A stretch of 64,000 nt of DNA, taken from NCBI GenBank assembly GCA_964016885.1, contig OZ024743.1:162316001-162380000 (forward strand), written 5' to 3'. The notes beneath the pieces were generated by a model that searched no databases, was not told the origin of the DNA, and was given only the letters and a program-made list of their open reading frames with translations. Shown piece after piece: positions 1 through 13,999 of this stretch (positions within the stretch are counted from its first letter, which is position 1; the number at the start of each line of letters is the position of its first letter). The position numbers were made by a program, and so were the translations under genes. The DNA is from Eledone cirrhosa (lineage: Eukaryota).

Positions 1-2732
1 ACCTACCTATTTCGTTACTATCTACTCTTACCCCTCTTTCTTCCTCCCCCTTTCTCCCTCTCACTTTCACTCATCCTCTCTACCAGTCTTCTCTCTCCTT
101 CTACCTACCTATTTCGTTACTATCTACTCTTACCCCTCTTTCTTCCTCCCCCTTTCTCCCTCTCACTTTCACTCACCCTCTCTACCAGTCTTCTCTCTCC
201 TTCTACCTACCTATTTCGTTACTATCTACTCTTACCCCTCTTTCTTCCTCCAACTTTCTCCCTCTCACTTTCACTCATCCTCTCTACCAGTCTTCTCTCT
301 CCTTCTACCTACCTATTTCGTTACTATCTACTCTTACCCCTCTTTCTTCCTCCCCCTTTCTCCCTCTCACTTTCACTCATCCTCTCTACCAGTCTTCTCT
401 CTCCTTCTACCTACCTATTTCGTTACTATCTACTCTTACCCCTCTTTCTTCCTCCCCCTTTCTCCCTCTCACTTTCACTCATCCTCTCTACCAGTCTTCT
501 CTCTCCTTCTACCTACCTATTTCGTTACTATCTACTCTTACCCCTCTTTCTTCCTCCCCCTTTCTCCCTCTCACTTTCACTCATCCTCTCTACCAGTCTT
601 CTCTCTCCTTCTACCTACCTATTTCGTTACTATCTACTCTTACCCCTCTTTCTTCCTCCCCCTTTCTCCCTCTCACTTTCACTCATCCTCTCTACCAGTC
701 TTCTCTCTCCTTCTACCTACCTATTTCGTTACTATCTACTCTTACCCCTCTTTCTTCCTCCCCCTTTCTCCCTCTCACTTTCACTCACCCTCTCTACCAG
801 TCTTCTCTCTCCTTCTACCTACCTATTACGTTACTATCTACTCTTACCCCTCTTTCTTACTCCCCCTTTCTCCCTCTCACTTTCACTCATCCTCTCTACC
901 AGTCTTCTCTCTCCTTCTACCTACCTATTTCGTTACTATCTACTCTTACCCCTCTTTCTTCCTCCCCCTTTCTCCCTCTCACTTTCACTCATCCTCTCTA
1001 CCAGTCTTCTCTCTCCTTCTACCTACCTATTTCGTTACTATCTACTCTTACCCCTCTTTCTTCCCCCCCCCCCTTTCTCCCTCTCACTTTCACTCACCCT
1101 CTCTACCAGTCTTCTCTCTCCTTCTACCTACCTATTACGTTACTATCTACTCTTACCCCTCTTTCTTCCTCCCCCTTTCTCCCTCTCACTTTCACTCATC
1201 CTCTCTACCAGTCTTCTCTCTCCTTCTACCTACCTATTTCGTTACTATCTACTCTTACCCCTCTTTCTTCCCCCCCCCCCCTTCTCCCTCTCACTTTCAC
1301 TCACCCTCTCTACCAGTCTTCTCTCTCCTTCTACCTACCTATTACGTTACTATCTACTCTTACCCCTCTTTCTTCCTCTCGCTTTCTCCCTCTCACTTTC
1401 ACTCATCCTCTCTACCAGTCTTCTCTCTCCTTCTACCTACCTATTTCGTTACTATCTACTCTTACCCCTCTTTCTTCCTCCCCCTTTCTCCCTCTCACTT
1501 TCACTCATCCTCTCTACCAGTCTTCTCTCTCCTTCTACCTACCTATTACGTTACTATCTACTCTTACCCCTCTTTCTTCCTCCCCTTTTCTCCCTCTCAC
1601 TTTCACTCATCCTCTCTACCAGTCTTCTCTCTCCTTCTACCTACCTATTACGTTACTATCTACTCTTACCCCTCTTTCTTCCTCTCGCTTTCTCCCTCTC
1701 ACTTTCACTCATCCTCTCTACCAGTCTTCTCTCTCCTTCTACCTACCTATTACGTTACTATCTACTCTTACCCCTCTTTCTTCCTCTCGCTTTCTCCCTC
1801 TCACTTTCACTCATCCTCTCTACCAGTCTTCTCTCTCCTTCTACCTACTACGTTACTATCTACTCTTACCCCTCTTTCTTCCTCCCCCTTTCTCCCTCTC
1901 ACTTTCACTCATCCTCTCTACCAGTCTTCTCTCTCCTTCTACCTACCTATTACGTTACTATCTACTCTTACCCCTCTTTCTTCCTCTCGCTTTCTCCCTC
2001 TCACTTTCACTCATCCTCTCTACCAGTCTTCTCTCTCCTTCTACCTACCTATTACGTTACTATCTACTCTTACCCCTCTTTCTTCCTCTCGCTTTCTCCC
2101 TCTCACTTTCACTCATCCTCTCCACCAGTCTTCTCTCTCCTTCTACCTACCTATTTCGTTACTATCTACTCTTACCCCTCTTTCTTCCTCCCCCTTTCTC
2201 CCTCTCACTTTCACTCACCTTCTCTACCAGTCTTCTCTCTCCTTCTACCTACCTATTTCGTTACTATCTACTCTCACCCCTCTTCTTCCTCTCCCTTTCT
2301 CCCTCTCACTTTCACTCATCCTCTCTACCAGTCTTCTCTCTCCTTCTACCTACCTATTACGTTACTATCTACTCTTACCCCTCTTTCTTCCTCCCCCTTT
2401 CTCCCTCTCACTTTCACTCATCCTCTCTACCAGTCTTCTCTCTCCTTCTACCTACCTATTACGTTACTATCTACTCTTACCCCTCTTTCTTCCTCTCGCT
2501 TTCTCCCTCTCACTTTCTCTCATCCTCTCTACCAGTCTTCTCTCTCCTTCTACCTACCTATTACGTTACTATCTACTCTTACCCCTCTTTCTTCCTCCCC
2601 CTTTCTCCCTCTCACTTTCACTCATCCTCTCTACCAGTCTTCTCTCTCCTTCTACCTACCTATTTCGTTACTATCTACTCTCACCCCTCTTCTTCCTCTC
2701 CCTTTCTCCCTCTCACTTTCACTCATTCTCTC
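1..2732. repeat. Tandem satellite, 102-bp unit, about 27 copies, runs off the left edge of the window
   Basis: The unit acctacctatttcgttactatctactcttacccc...ctctctccttct restarts at 103, 205 and so on. The first unit has only 14 purines in 102 nt. Confidence 0.97.
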
Positions 2733-2844
2733 TCTGTCAGCCACCTCATGGTTTCCCTCGCCTGACCCTCTAGCAGTCCTTTTCTCACTTACAACTCGCT
2801 GGGGTCAGATGTGTCTTTTCTTTCGCCCACACGCTTTTGAACCT

Positions 2845-3130
2845 AAGTTCTCTTATCCCTGTGGTCTTGGATTTTCTTACCTTAAGCTGCTCGCACATTG
2901 CTCGGTTTGCTGTTGTTTTTTTTCGCTGTTTTCTCTTTTCTTCCCTTTTCCTTTCTATTTTCCTTCCCTCCCTCCTCCGTTTTCCCAATAACTTACCCAG
3001 TTATTGAACGCTCTGGGCGGTAGATATCTTGTCTTTAAAGCGTGGAAATATCCGAGATCCCCAGTAGACAACTGATGAGAAAAACTCCCCCCGTTCTTGC
3101 TTTCTTCTTATTCTCGCTCCATTTTAAGCT
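2845..3130. repeat. Dispersed repeat, second copy at 60294-60582; probable retroelement terminal region
   Basis: Colinear similarity: aagttctcttatc...ggtcttggattt...tgctcggtttg...ttcccaataactta...gaaatatccgaga...ccagtagacaactgatgag...cattttaag. Both copies lie next to (TA)n. Confidence 0.7.
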
Positions 3131-3180
3131 ACCTTAACTATCAACTACACAGCCAATCCTATTCTATATATATGTATATA

Positions 3181-3395
3181 GTAGTGAAAGAGTGAGGAAT
3201 AACATGGTCGGCTGTACAAAAACGGTTTTATTCCGATGATTTGATCAGAAACACACACTGTATTTAAGGTCGAGTGACGCAACTTCGAGTGATTAGCGTC
3301 CTTTAGACTCCCTTGATCAATAAAACAATTGTTAATACTGTAAATAAAACCCTTTTTGTACAGCCGACCATGTTATTCTTCACTCTTTCTCTACT
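3181..3395. repeat. Inverted repeat (~52-bp arms) inside a (TA)n-flanked block
   Basis: gtagtgaaagagtgaggaataacatggtcggctgtacaaaaa (3181) is the reverse complement of tttttgtacagccgaccatgttattcttcactctttctctac (to ~3394). Confidence 0.85.
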
Positions 3396-3577
3396 ATTAC
3401 TTCAAGAATAACCTGCATGAGAATTCTCGCAAACTCGCTACCTAACTAAGGAACCCTCTTGTTGAGTTAAACAACGCCATCCGTTAAAACTATCCATAGT
3501 ACAGAGTACTCACAACCTTTAACTGGATTACCTAAAACGATAACTTGTTATCCCATATATATATATATATATATGTG

Positions 3578-3632
<55 letters not shown>

Positions 3633-3634
<2 letters not shown>

Positions 3635-3735
3635 TGTTTCTACTTTAGGCACAAGGCCTGCAATTACCCAGTGCATTACTGGTACTTTATTTTATCGACC
3701 CCGTAAGGATGAAAGGCAAAGTTAACCTCGGCGGG

Positions 3736-3736
<1 letters not shown>
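3633..3736 (-). mobile_element. tRNA-derived SINE family 1, 3' part
   Basis: Reverse complement of the 3' half of the full copy at 59852-60042, with an (ATT)n tail at 3579-3632. Confidence 0.85.
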
Positions 3737-3786
<50 letters not shown>

Positions 3787-3787
<1 letters not shown>

Positions 3788-4815
3788 GATACAGTAATGG
3801 ACTACAAATTTCAGAAGTCCCATTTACTGCTGAAATGGAAAACACAGAAAAAGCAAAGCAGGTAAAAGTAACTGCAAAGAAAGAACTGCTACAGAAACTG
3901 GCTAAGAAATGGCAAGAAAAGCCTCTGTATGGAAAATACCCAGAGCGAGCTAACAATCCTGATGTTGACAAAACTTTAACCCATCAGTGGTTGGCATCCT
4001 CTGGACTGAAATCGGAGACTGAAGGACTGATTATATCCGCACAAGATCAGTGTCTGCCAACAAAAAATTACCAAGCCAACATAATAAAAAATGGATGCAG
4101 CCCATTATGCCGTGTATGCAAAAAACAACCAGAGACCATTGACCATATAATTTCAATGTGCAGTCCTATAGCTCCAACCGAATACCTAAACAGGCATGAC
4201 AGAGCTGCACAATACATACATTGGATAATGTGCAAGCATTTTGACCTGCCCCATCAAAAGAATTGGTGGGAGCATCAACCACCTCCCATACTTGAAAAAG
4301 ATCACATCTCAATCTTGTGGAACTTTAGCATCCAAACAGACCGAAAAATAGATGCAAATAGACCTGATATAATATTGAAGGACTTTCAAAGGAGGGTATG
4401 CCTGCTAATTGATATGTCTGTTCCAATAGACAAGAATGTATCTATAAAAACATTTGAAAAATTGAGCAAGTATAAGGACCTGGAGATAGAAATTGGAAAA
4501 ATGTGGAAATTGAGAACTAAAACAATACCAGTGGTTGTAGGCGCTCTGGGAATGATACCTAAGGGGTCTAACGACTACTTATCGCAAATCCCAGGAAACC
4601 CGCGTATAGGAGAAATACAAAAGATAGTACTAATGGGAACTGCCCATATACTAAGGAAGATCCTGTCAATATAAGTACATCACAAGTCTAAACACTAAGG
4701 ATGCATGTGTGAACATGTGTGTTCTTTCTTGAACATGGCGGACCTTGTTGTCTCTTGAGGTCACTGGTTGTGACTTGGTGATTACTCGTATAAACATAAA
4801 GCAAGATAAATGCAA
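3787..4815 (+). mobile_element. 5'-truncated R4/Dong-type RLE retrotransposon, family A
   Basis: Nearly identical to 9719-10750. Encodes a CCHC knuckle (CRVCKKQPETIDHIISMC) and a restriction-like endonuclease (RHD, RPD..., IDMSVP...KLSKY). Flanked by (AAT)n on both sides. Confidence 0.92.
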
Positions 4816-4832
4816 ATAATAATAATAATAGT

Positions 4833-5643
4833 ACCTTCTTTGAGAAAACTGAATTCAGAGATCCACAGACATGGAACTGGTTGAAAAGAGGAGACCTTAA
4901 AAAGGCTACAGAAGGAATGTTAATGGCTGCGCAAGAGCAGGCCCTCAAAACGAAGTGGTTGAAACACCATATTTACAAGGAGGAGGCTAGCCCACTGTGC
5001 AGGATCTGTGGAGAGAGAGAGGAGACTGTGGCTCACATTGTATCCGAGTGTAAACACCTAGCCCAGACTCACTATAAGGGCTGGAGACATGATGTGATGG
5101 GCAGGGTGATCCACTGGCACCTATGCAAAGTAAACAATTTACCACATTCTGAGAAGTGGTATGAGCATAAGCCAGAGTCGGTGATAGAAAACGATCAGGT
5201 GAAGGTGCTGTGGGATTTTAAGATACAGACGGACAAGAAACTGGAACACAATAGACCTGACCTGGTGGTTGTAGACAAAGAAAAAAGATCGTGCCTGATT
5301 GTGGATGTGGCCTGCCCATTCGACACGAGAGTGCAAGAGAAGGAGAGGGAGAAAATTAACCGATACCAGGACTTAAAGTGGGAGGTAAAAAGGATTTGGA
5401 ACTGCCATGAAGTTAAAGTGGTCCCGATTGTCATAGGCACACTAGGTACTATCTCAAAAAGTTTCCAGGGATGGTTAAAGAAAACTGGCCCCTTCACGCT
5501 TTTTGGAACGCTTCAAAAGGCATGCTTGTTGGGAACAGCAAGAACCCTCCGATACGTCCTGAATATCTGAGGCTGCAGGTAGTGGCTTGATATTCATTTC
5601 AACAAACTTTCCAGTTAACCAACATCAATGACTGAGACTCAAA
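4833..5643 (+). mobile_element. 5'-truncated R4/Dong-type RLE retrotransposon, family B (ORF to 5570)
   Basis: ORF 4881-5570 has CRICGEREETVAHIVSEC, RHD, RPDLVV..VDVACP..EKINRY. Followed by an (AAT)n then (GAA)n tail. Confidence 0.9.
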
Positions 5644-5664
5644 GAATAATAATAATAATAATAA

Positions 5665-5695
<31 letters not shown>

Positions 5696-6183
5696 AAGAA
5701 GAAGAAGAAGAAGAAGAAGGGAAGAAGACGCACGTGGTGGTAGAAGGTCATGAAATCGCTCCCGTAAGTTTTTGATTTTTAACATATTTAAATCAATTGT
5801 GAAGTAACAATTCTTAGTACAAATGATGCATACACCACCGAATCAAGTCTCATAAAATTTCGGTTCCATAATATATTGTTATATCGCTCAAATATTCAAT
5901 TTTGTATTATATATTTTATATTAAAAAAAGAAAATGGTTATAAATGGAAGAAAACCCCCTCTGTCTACACTATATAGAACAGCCAAATAACAGCAATTTC
6001 ACCAACACCAGAGACTTGATACACCACCTACCCCATCACCCCGCTGTGTACACTAAATATAACAGCCAGATAACGGCAATTTCACCACCACCACCACTAA
6101 TCCCAGCATCATAATAATAATTACTATTATTATTGTCTCAAGTTTTAACAAAATGTTTAATTGCAATATTAAGATGAATATGT

Positions 6184-6322
6184 CAACACATATATTAAAC
6201 ATACGCGACACAAACGCATAGATACTACAGATCAAACAAAACTAGTCTATTCAACACATATATTAAACATACGCGACACAAATGCATAGATACTACATAT
6301 CAAAAAAACTAGTCCATTCAAC
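6184..6322. repeat. Tandem duplication, ~69-bp unit
   Basis: caacacatatattaaacatacgcgacacaaa.gcatagatactaca appears at 6184 and again at 6253. Confidence 0.85.
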
Positions 6323-6769
6323 AAAACTCAGTAACGACAACGCCACCGCCGCCACCACTCCATCCATCATTGCTACCACTATCCCATCACCGCCGCCACC
6401 ACTCCTTCATTGCTACCACCACTATTCCCCTGTTAACTTAAGAAAGGGGAAGGTGGCGGTATCACTAGACAAGGGAGAGGCTAGCAAAAGATATAAATAG
6501 ATTGACTTAGTGACCCGGCCACCGACCAAACGTCAACAACTATGGCACTGCTGGCCCCCCCCCCTTCCTCACCAACAATATAAAAAGCCCCAGCACCACC
6601 ACCGACATAGCCAACAACAATAACAGGCAACTTCAGCAAAAAGTATATTATATTATTGTAATGCACTGGGTGATTGCTGGCCTTGTGCCTGGAGTGGAGA
6701 CAATTATTAATAATTTCATTCTTAAGCCACGCAATGCTCACATTAAGGAACCACTCATGATAATAACAA

Positions 6770-9700
6770 TTTAAAAAAACAACAAAAAAGAAAACCGCGT
6801 GACCAAGAAATACCGAGAAGGCGGCCGGCGGGGAATAGCCGTGTCTCTAGGGGAGAATGACCCCTCTAGTCTTGGTTGACACTCGTTCTAGAAGTGGTAA
6901 CACGAAATGATTACCCCTTGGCGGATAAGGATAAAACGCGACAAAATAAAGTAAATGTCTAATGATAAAATCTCATACCGGATCGGCCGTCACCCGGGTA
7001 AAAAAGGGCCGCGTCCCTCAGAGAGGAACCAGACTGGGGTCGAAAAATCAGCTAATGGTTCAAACCTTCCCATCACTTCGGAGCTGGAGACCTCCCATAA
7101 CCGGAATACTCCTACTGTTGGCCCTCCATGCTCACCACCAAGAAATCCAAAGAAAAAGAGAGAAAAATGGTCAAGGGAAGATAATAAAGAAGTCCTTGAG
7201 GCTTTCTACACTGCCATGTACTACCCATCAAATACATCGAATACAGAACAGACATATATCAACTGGAAAAAGAAACATCCCGAAAACAGAGGCTATATTG
7301 ACAGTAACAAACTAGCCAATAACGAAGAAATATTGTAAAAAAAAAGTTACTAACTGATATAGAAATTGATCAGATCAAGCTATTAGCACAAAGTCAGCGA
7401 AGGGAAAATGAAACATGTGTCAGTGAAAACGAGGTAAATTGTAACACTTCGAATCCCAGGGTTGGGGCGGAATCACTGGCAACAGAACAAATTAAAGAAA
7501 GGATCGAAAAAGTGGAGGGAGTGCATGCTCAAGATGAAACTCCAAATGAAAATAATGAGATCGTAAATGATAAAGAAATGAATGAGAATGAACTTGCCAA
7601 CTTGAAGGATGAAATTATGATCGAATGGATGAAAATGAAAGAATCTGACATGGGGCAACGAGACACCCTCCCTAAGATCCAGAACTCCAAACAGAACCAA
7701 AAGATAATACACAAGACTAACATAATTCTCAAAAACATTATCATCACAAACAAACTAAACATTACTGATTTAAATCATCTCTATTATGCATCGGCTAAAG
7801 TCACCACTCACTTATGTGGAGTGAAGATGAAAAAACAAAGGAATTCCCTCAAGAAATCTACTTGGCAAGAGAACATCAATCACCAAATAAACCTTCTCCG
7901 ATCTGACATAGAAATTTTAACAAACTATAAAGTAGGTGAACAAGTTAAACAAACTAAACTTAGAAAATTGAAAAGAAAGTACAGTATAAAATCAACAAGT
8001 GACATAGACATGCTGATAGAAATAATCAAGCAAAAAGTGTCGGCCAAAGCTGCTCGTATAAGGCGCTTTGAAAAACGATCTAGATTCTATAAGGACAATA
8101 ATATGTTCAAAAACAACCAAAGAAACTTCTACAGAAAAATTGGTAAGTCAACAATAACTGCTAAATTAATACCACCCAAGGAGGAAGTGCAAGAATTCTG
8201 GGAAAAGATCTGGGCCGAAGAAAAAGTTCATAACATACATGCCCCATGGATAGACAGAAAAAATGAAAGATACGGCTCACCTTGAAGAACAAATATGGGA
8301 AAATATAACAGTTGAACAGTTGCGCTTGGCTCTAAGGAAAACCAGCAAATGGAAATCCCCAGGAAAAGACAAAATACAAAATTTTTGGATAAATGCCTTC
8401 ACAGAGTCTCATGAGCTGTTAGCCCAACTTTACAATGAAATAGTTAAGGAGCCAGAAAAGATACCATCATGGCTAGTTAACGGCATTACATTCCTGCTTC
8501 CGAAGAATGATGAGACAAACAATCCCAAAAATTACAGACCGATAACTTGCTTGACCACAATGTATAAAATTTTAACATCAGTCCTAACTGAATACACATA
8601 TGACCACCTGATAACAAATGACCTATTTCCCATTGAGCAGAAAGGGTGTAAACGAGGCTCATATGGCTGTAAGGATCAGCTTTTGGTTAACAAAATGATA
8701 CCGGAAGATTGTCATAATAGACACAAAAATCTATCAATTACTTGGATATATTATAAAAAAGCAGTCGATAGTTTGCCACACAGTTGGATTGAAAAATGTT
8801 TAGAGATTTTCAAAATATCCCCCGTTGTCAGGAGGTTTTTTGTCATTCGGTATGAAGACATGGAAAACGACACTCTTTTTGAATAGTGAAACAAAATCAC
8901 TGGAAGCTGGAGAAGTTAATATTAATTGTGGAATTTTTCAGGGTGACTCTTTATCACCGCTTTTATTCTGCATTGCACTTATACCATTAAGTAAAATGCT
9001 CAATGAAACAAAACGTGGATATAAAGTCTATGACAAAACTATTAATCACTTGTTCTACATGGATGACCTGAAACTATCTGCAAAAAATGATGAACAATTG
9101 CAAGGGCTATTATCCACTGTGGAGCAGTTCAGTGATGACATTAAAATGGAGTTTGGACTAGATAAATGCGCCAAAGCAACGTTCACCAGAGGAAAGCTGC
9201 TGAAGAGTTCAGACATTAATCTTGATCGGGGGAACGTGATAAGAGAACGTGATCAAGAAAAAACTTACAAATATCTAGGTGTTTGTGAAGGAGACGGAAT
9301 CAAGCACTCGACAATGAGGGAAAGGATAAGCAAGGAATGTTACCGCAGAGTAAGAGCAATCTTAAGAACGGAATTGAATACAAGGAATAGGATCGATGCC
9401 ATAAACACGCTTGCCATACCTGTAGTAACCTACAGTTACAATGTCATCAACTGGTCAAGCACAGAGATCCGTAGGCTCGATACAAAAATTCGAAAATTCT
9501 TAACCATGCACAGAATGCATCACCCTAAGGCAGATACAGATAGAATATATCTCCCTAGGAAAGAAGGAGGACGTGGGTTAATCCAGTTAGACATTGCGTT
9601 GAAAACTGCAACAATTGGATTATCTACATATCTAAGGGAATCACATGATTGGATGATCAAACTCGTTTTGAAACACGAAAGCATCAAAAGATCATATTCC

Positions 9701-10750
9701 ATTACAAAAGATGCACAAAGATACAGTAATGGACTACAAATTTCAGAAGTCCCATTTACTGCTGAAATGGAAAACACAGAAAAAGCAAAACAGGTAAAAG
9801 TAACTGCAAAGAAAGAACTGCTACAGAAACTGGCTAAGAAATGGCAAGAAAAGCCTCTGTATGGAAAATACCCAGAACGAGCTAACAATCCTGATGTTGA
9901 CAAAACTTTAACCCATCAGTGGTTGGCATCCTCTGGACTGAAATCGGAGACTGAAGGACTGATTATATCAGCACAAGATCAGTGTCTGCCAACAAAAAAT
10001 TACCAAGCCAACATAATAAAAAATGGATGCAGCCCATTATGCCGTGTATGCAAAAAACAAACAGAGACCATTGACCATATAATTTCAATGTGCGGTCCTA
10101 TAGCTCCAACCGAATACCTAAACAGGCATGACAGAGCTGAACAATACATACATTGGATAATGTGTAAGCATTTTGACCTGCCCCATTAAAAGAATTGGTG
10201 GGAGCATCAACCACCTCCCATACTTGAAAAAAGATCACATCTCAATCTTGTGGAACCTTAGCATCCAAACAGACCGAAAAATAGATGCAAATAGACCTAA
10301 TATAATATTGAAGGACTTTAAAAAGAGGGTATGCCTGCTAATTGATATGTCCGTTCCAATAGACAAGAATGTATCTATAAAAACATTTGAAAAATTGAGC
10401 AAGTATAAGGACCTGGAGATAGAAATTGGAAAAATGTGGAAATTGAGAACTAAAACAATGCCAGTGGTTGTAGGCGCTCTGGGAATGATACCTAAGGGGT
10501 CTAACGATTACTTATCGCAAATCCCAGGAAACCCTCGTATAGGAGAAATACAAAAGATAGTACTAATGGGAACTGCCCATATACTAAGGAAGATTCTGTC
10601 AATATAAGTACATCACAAGTCTAAACACTAAAGATGCATGTGTGAGTATGTATGTTCTTTCTTGAACATGGCGGACCTTGTTGTCTCTTGAGGTCACTGG
10701 TTGTGACTTGGTGATAACTCGTATGAACATAAAGCAAGATAAATGCAACT
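6770..10750 (+). mobile_element. Near full-length R4/Dong-type non-LTR retrotransposon, family A
   Basis: Structured 5' UTR, one long ORF broken into pieces, 3' UTR and (AAT)n tail. Insertion in (TAA)n is typical of Dong-type elements. Confidence 0.92.
6955..10607 (+). pseudogene. Disrupted ORF: N-terminal domain + reverse transcriptase + CCHC + RLE
   Basis: ORF pieces 6955-7338, 7512-8285, 8263-8886, 8825-10189 and 10173-10607. RT motifs NYRPITCL, EQKGCKRG..CKDQLL, GIFQGDSLSP, FYMDDLK, YKYLG. Several frameshifts, plus a CAA>TAA change at ~10187 relative to the copy at 3787. Confidence 0.9.
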
Positions 10751-10772
10751 GTAATAATAATAATAATAATAA

Positions 10773-10950
10773 GATGGTTAAAGAAAATTGGCCCCGCCCC
10801 GCTTTTTGGAACACTTCAAAAGGCATGTTTGCTGGGAACAGCAAGAACCCTCCGATACGTCCTGAATATCTGAGGCTGCAGGTAGTGGCTTGATATTCAT
10901 TTCAACAAACCTTCCAGTTAACTAACATCAATGACTGAGTCCCAAAGAAC
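10773..10950 (+). mobile_element. Short 3' fragment of RLE family B
   Basis: Matches 5470-5645 (gatggttaaagaaaa...gaaccctccgatacgtcctgaatatctgaggctgcagg). (AAT)n on both sides. Confidence 0.9.
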
Positions 10951-11065
10951 AATAATAATAATAATTATAATAATAGTAATAATAATAAATTTGAAGACTA
11001 AAATCCAAAGAGGGCTCGATAAGTATAAATATATATCAGATATATAAGAACCGTAGAGCAAATAT

Positions 11066-11948
<883 letters not shown>

Positions 11949-12051
11949 GGAAAAAATGAAACGAAATTTCATTTCTCACTCTTAAGTACGGCTGTTACTT
12001 AAATATAAGTATGTATACGTACATACATATATGTATACAGACGTACAGTAG

Positions 12052-12133
<82 letters not shown>

Positions 12134-12192
12134 CATGCACACATATATATGTGTACGTATACATACTTATATATATATATATACATACATAC

Positions 12193-12224
<32 letters not shown>

Positions 12225-12225
12225 G

Positions 12226-13325
12226 ATTTCTTTATTGGCCACAAGGGCTGACATCAAGAAAAACATTACAGACGGCACAGGACGGTACAGGACGGTGCGA
12301 TGTGGGTTTGTGCGTGTAAATACTTTTATTAGTTATATAAGAAAAGAAAAAAAAGACATAGAAACATATATATATATAAACAATAAAAATAAAAATTGAA
12401 ACAATGAAAAATTCTCCAATAGGGGGGAAACCTCCGAGGGTTACTCGTGGCGAAAACCACACAAAAGACCACGACCACCCTGACCACCAGGGCAAGCGTC
12501 CTCTCTCAATTTTTCCATTTCTCAAACTACAGGCGTATATTCAGAGCGGTCCCGTTCACTCGGACCATTCTCGCTACATTCACCCACCTTTCAACAAACT
12601 TGCTAGAAGGCAGCACTTGCCTCTCCACCCTGATTTCCCTTTTCACTTTGACCCTCACAATTTTCTGCCCGCAGTAGGAGGGCACCAAGACTATCTCCTC
12701 ACTCTTTAGGGTTTCCAAAGAGTGAGACTTCCTGGGGGTTGGCGAAAAGTACGTCTACTGTGGCGTACTTTCTGCCTCGGGTGATGTGGGTTTTGCGTGC
12801 CCAGACGCACCCCAAAACCTTTTGGATTTGAGCCTCCGTGGCTCTCTCCACCCGATGTGAGATTTTGCTTACGGTGCGGTCACCATCGCCCTTGCGACTG
12901 CCATCTCCTCCTCTGTGACTAACACTATCTCGATATTTCGGGCGACACCTGCAAAAGAAGTGGTCCCTTTTTCAGCAGCACCACTATTTCTACCGCTACT
13001 GGTCTTACAGGTGGTGCTGAGATCGCTGTTACAGGTATCGATGTCATTGTTGATGTTTTCGTTGGTACAGTTGTTGTTGTTACTGTTACTGTGGCTGTTG
13101 TTATTATTGTTGTTGTTGTTGATACTGTTCCTACTATTATTGTTGTTGTGGCTGTTGTTATTGTCATTGTTATTGTCGTTCTCGACCTTACCGCTGTTAT
13201 TTTTGTTATTGTCGTTCTCGACTTTACCGCTGTTATTTTTGTTGTTGCTGTAGTTATTGATGGTGTTGTTGTTGGTGTTATTGTTGGTGTTGTTTGTGTA
13301 AGAAATATTTGGTAATTTTAAATCT
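12226..13325 (-). mobile_element. Internally deleted Tx1/L1-like LINE (ORF2 C-terminus + 3' UTR joined to a probable ORF1/low-complexity segment)
   Basis: The minus strand encodes KVKREIRVERQVLPSSKFVERW, homologous to the ORF at 13628-13942. 3' end ccttgtggccaataaagaaatc followed by (ATT)n. Confidence 0.65.
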
Positions 13326-13381
<56 letters not shown>

Positions 13382-13382
<1 letters not shown>

Positions 13383-13982
13383 CTTTCTTTATTAACCACA
13401 AGGGTTTACACAAAGTAGACATTAAGGAGAGTACAGGACAATACAGGACGGTACAAATGGGCATTTCTGCGTGTAAAAAACAAAAAAACAGAGGATGTAA
13501 TAAAAGAACAATGAAAAATTCCCCAATAGGGGGGAGACCTCCGAGGGCCATCGTGGAGAAAGCCCATTAAAAAAAGCCACGGTGACCCTGACCACCAGTT
13601 TTCCACCTTCAATTTACAGGCATATACTCAGAGTATTCTTGCCTCTCTCATCCATCTTTCAACAAAATGCTGGGAAGAGAGCACCTCCCTCTCTACCCTG
13701 ATTTTCCTTTTCAAATGAAATTGGAAAAAGTTAATCAGGGCATCACCGAAGAGGTAAGTGCTCGTCTTCAGCCCTTTCAGACGCGTCCACCATACTATCT
13801 CTTTCGCCGTGGCCACCAGACAGATAAAAATTTCCTGCCCTTCCCGGCTAAAGGAAGAGGGCGGGGCAATCCTCACGATGGACTCAGCTGATAGTCGGAT
13901 CCGTTCTACACGCGACAGCAGGTGTTCGACATAAATCCACAAGTCAGCAATGCTCGGACACTGGACGAGTGCATGCAGGACA
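13382..13982 (-). mobile_element. 5'-truncated Tx1/L1-like LINE 3' end
   Basis: Minus strand HALVQCPSIADLW (end of the L1-type zinc knuckle)...AKEIVWWTR...VERW. 3' UTR ends cttgtggttaataaag followed by (ATT)n. Confidence 0.75.
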
Positions 13983-13999
13983 TAATAATAATAATAATA

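Noticed and set aside
1-2732. CRISPR-like array
   Set aside because: Units are contiguous near-identical repeats with no unique spacers, in a eukaryotic context.
3050-3100. CTGATGAG here and at ~60519 as a hammerhead
   Set aside because: No downstream stem II plus GAAA; the GAAA lies upstream and I could not build a consistent topology.
3709-3787. N-terminus of the 321-aa ORF (MKGKVNLGG + poly-Ile), which looks like a signal or membrane segment
   Set aside because: Chance in-frame fusion of an antisense SINE and (AAT)n to a truncated LINE.
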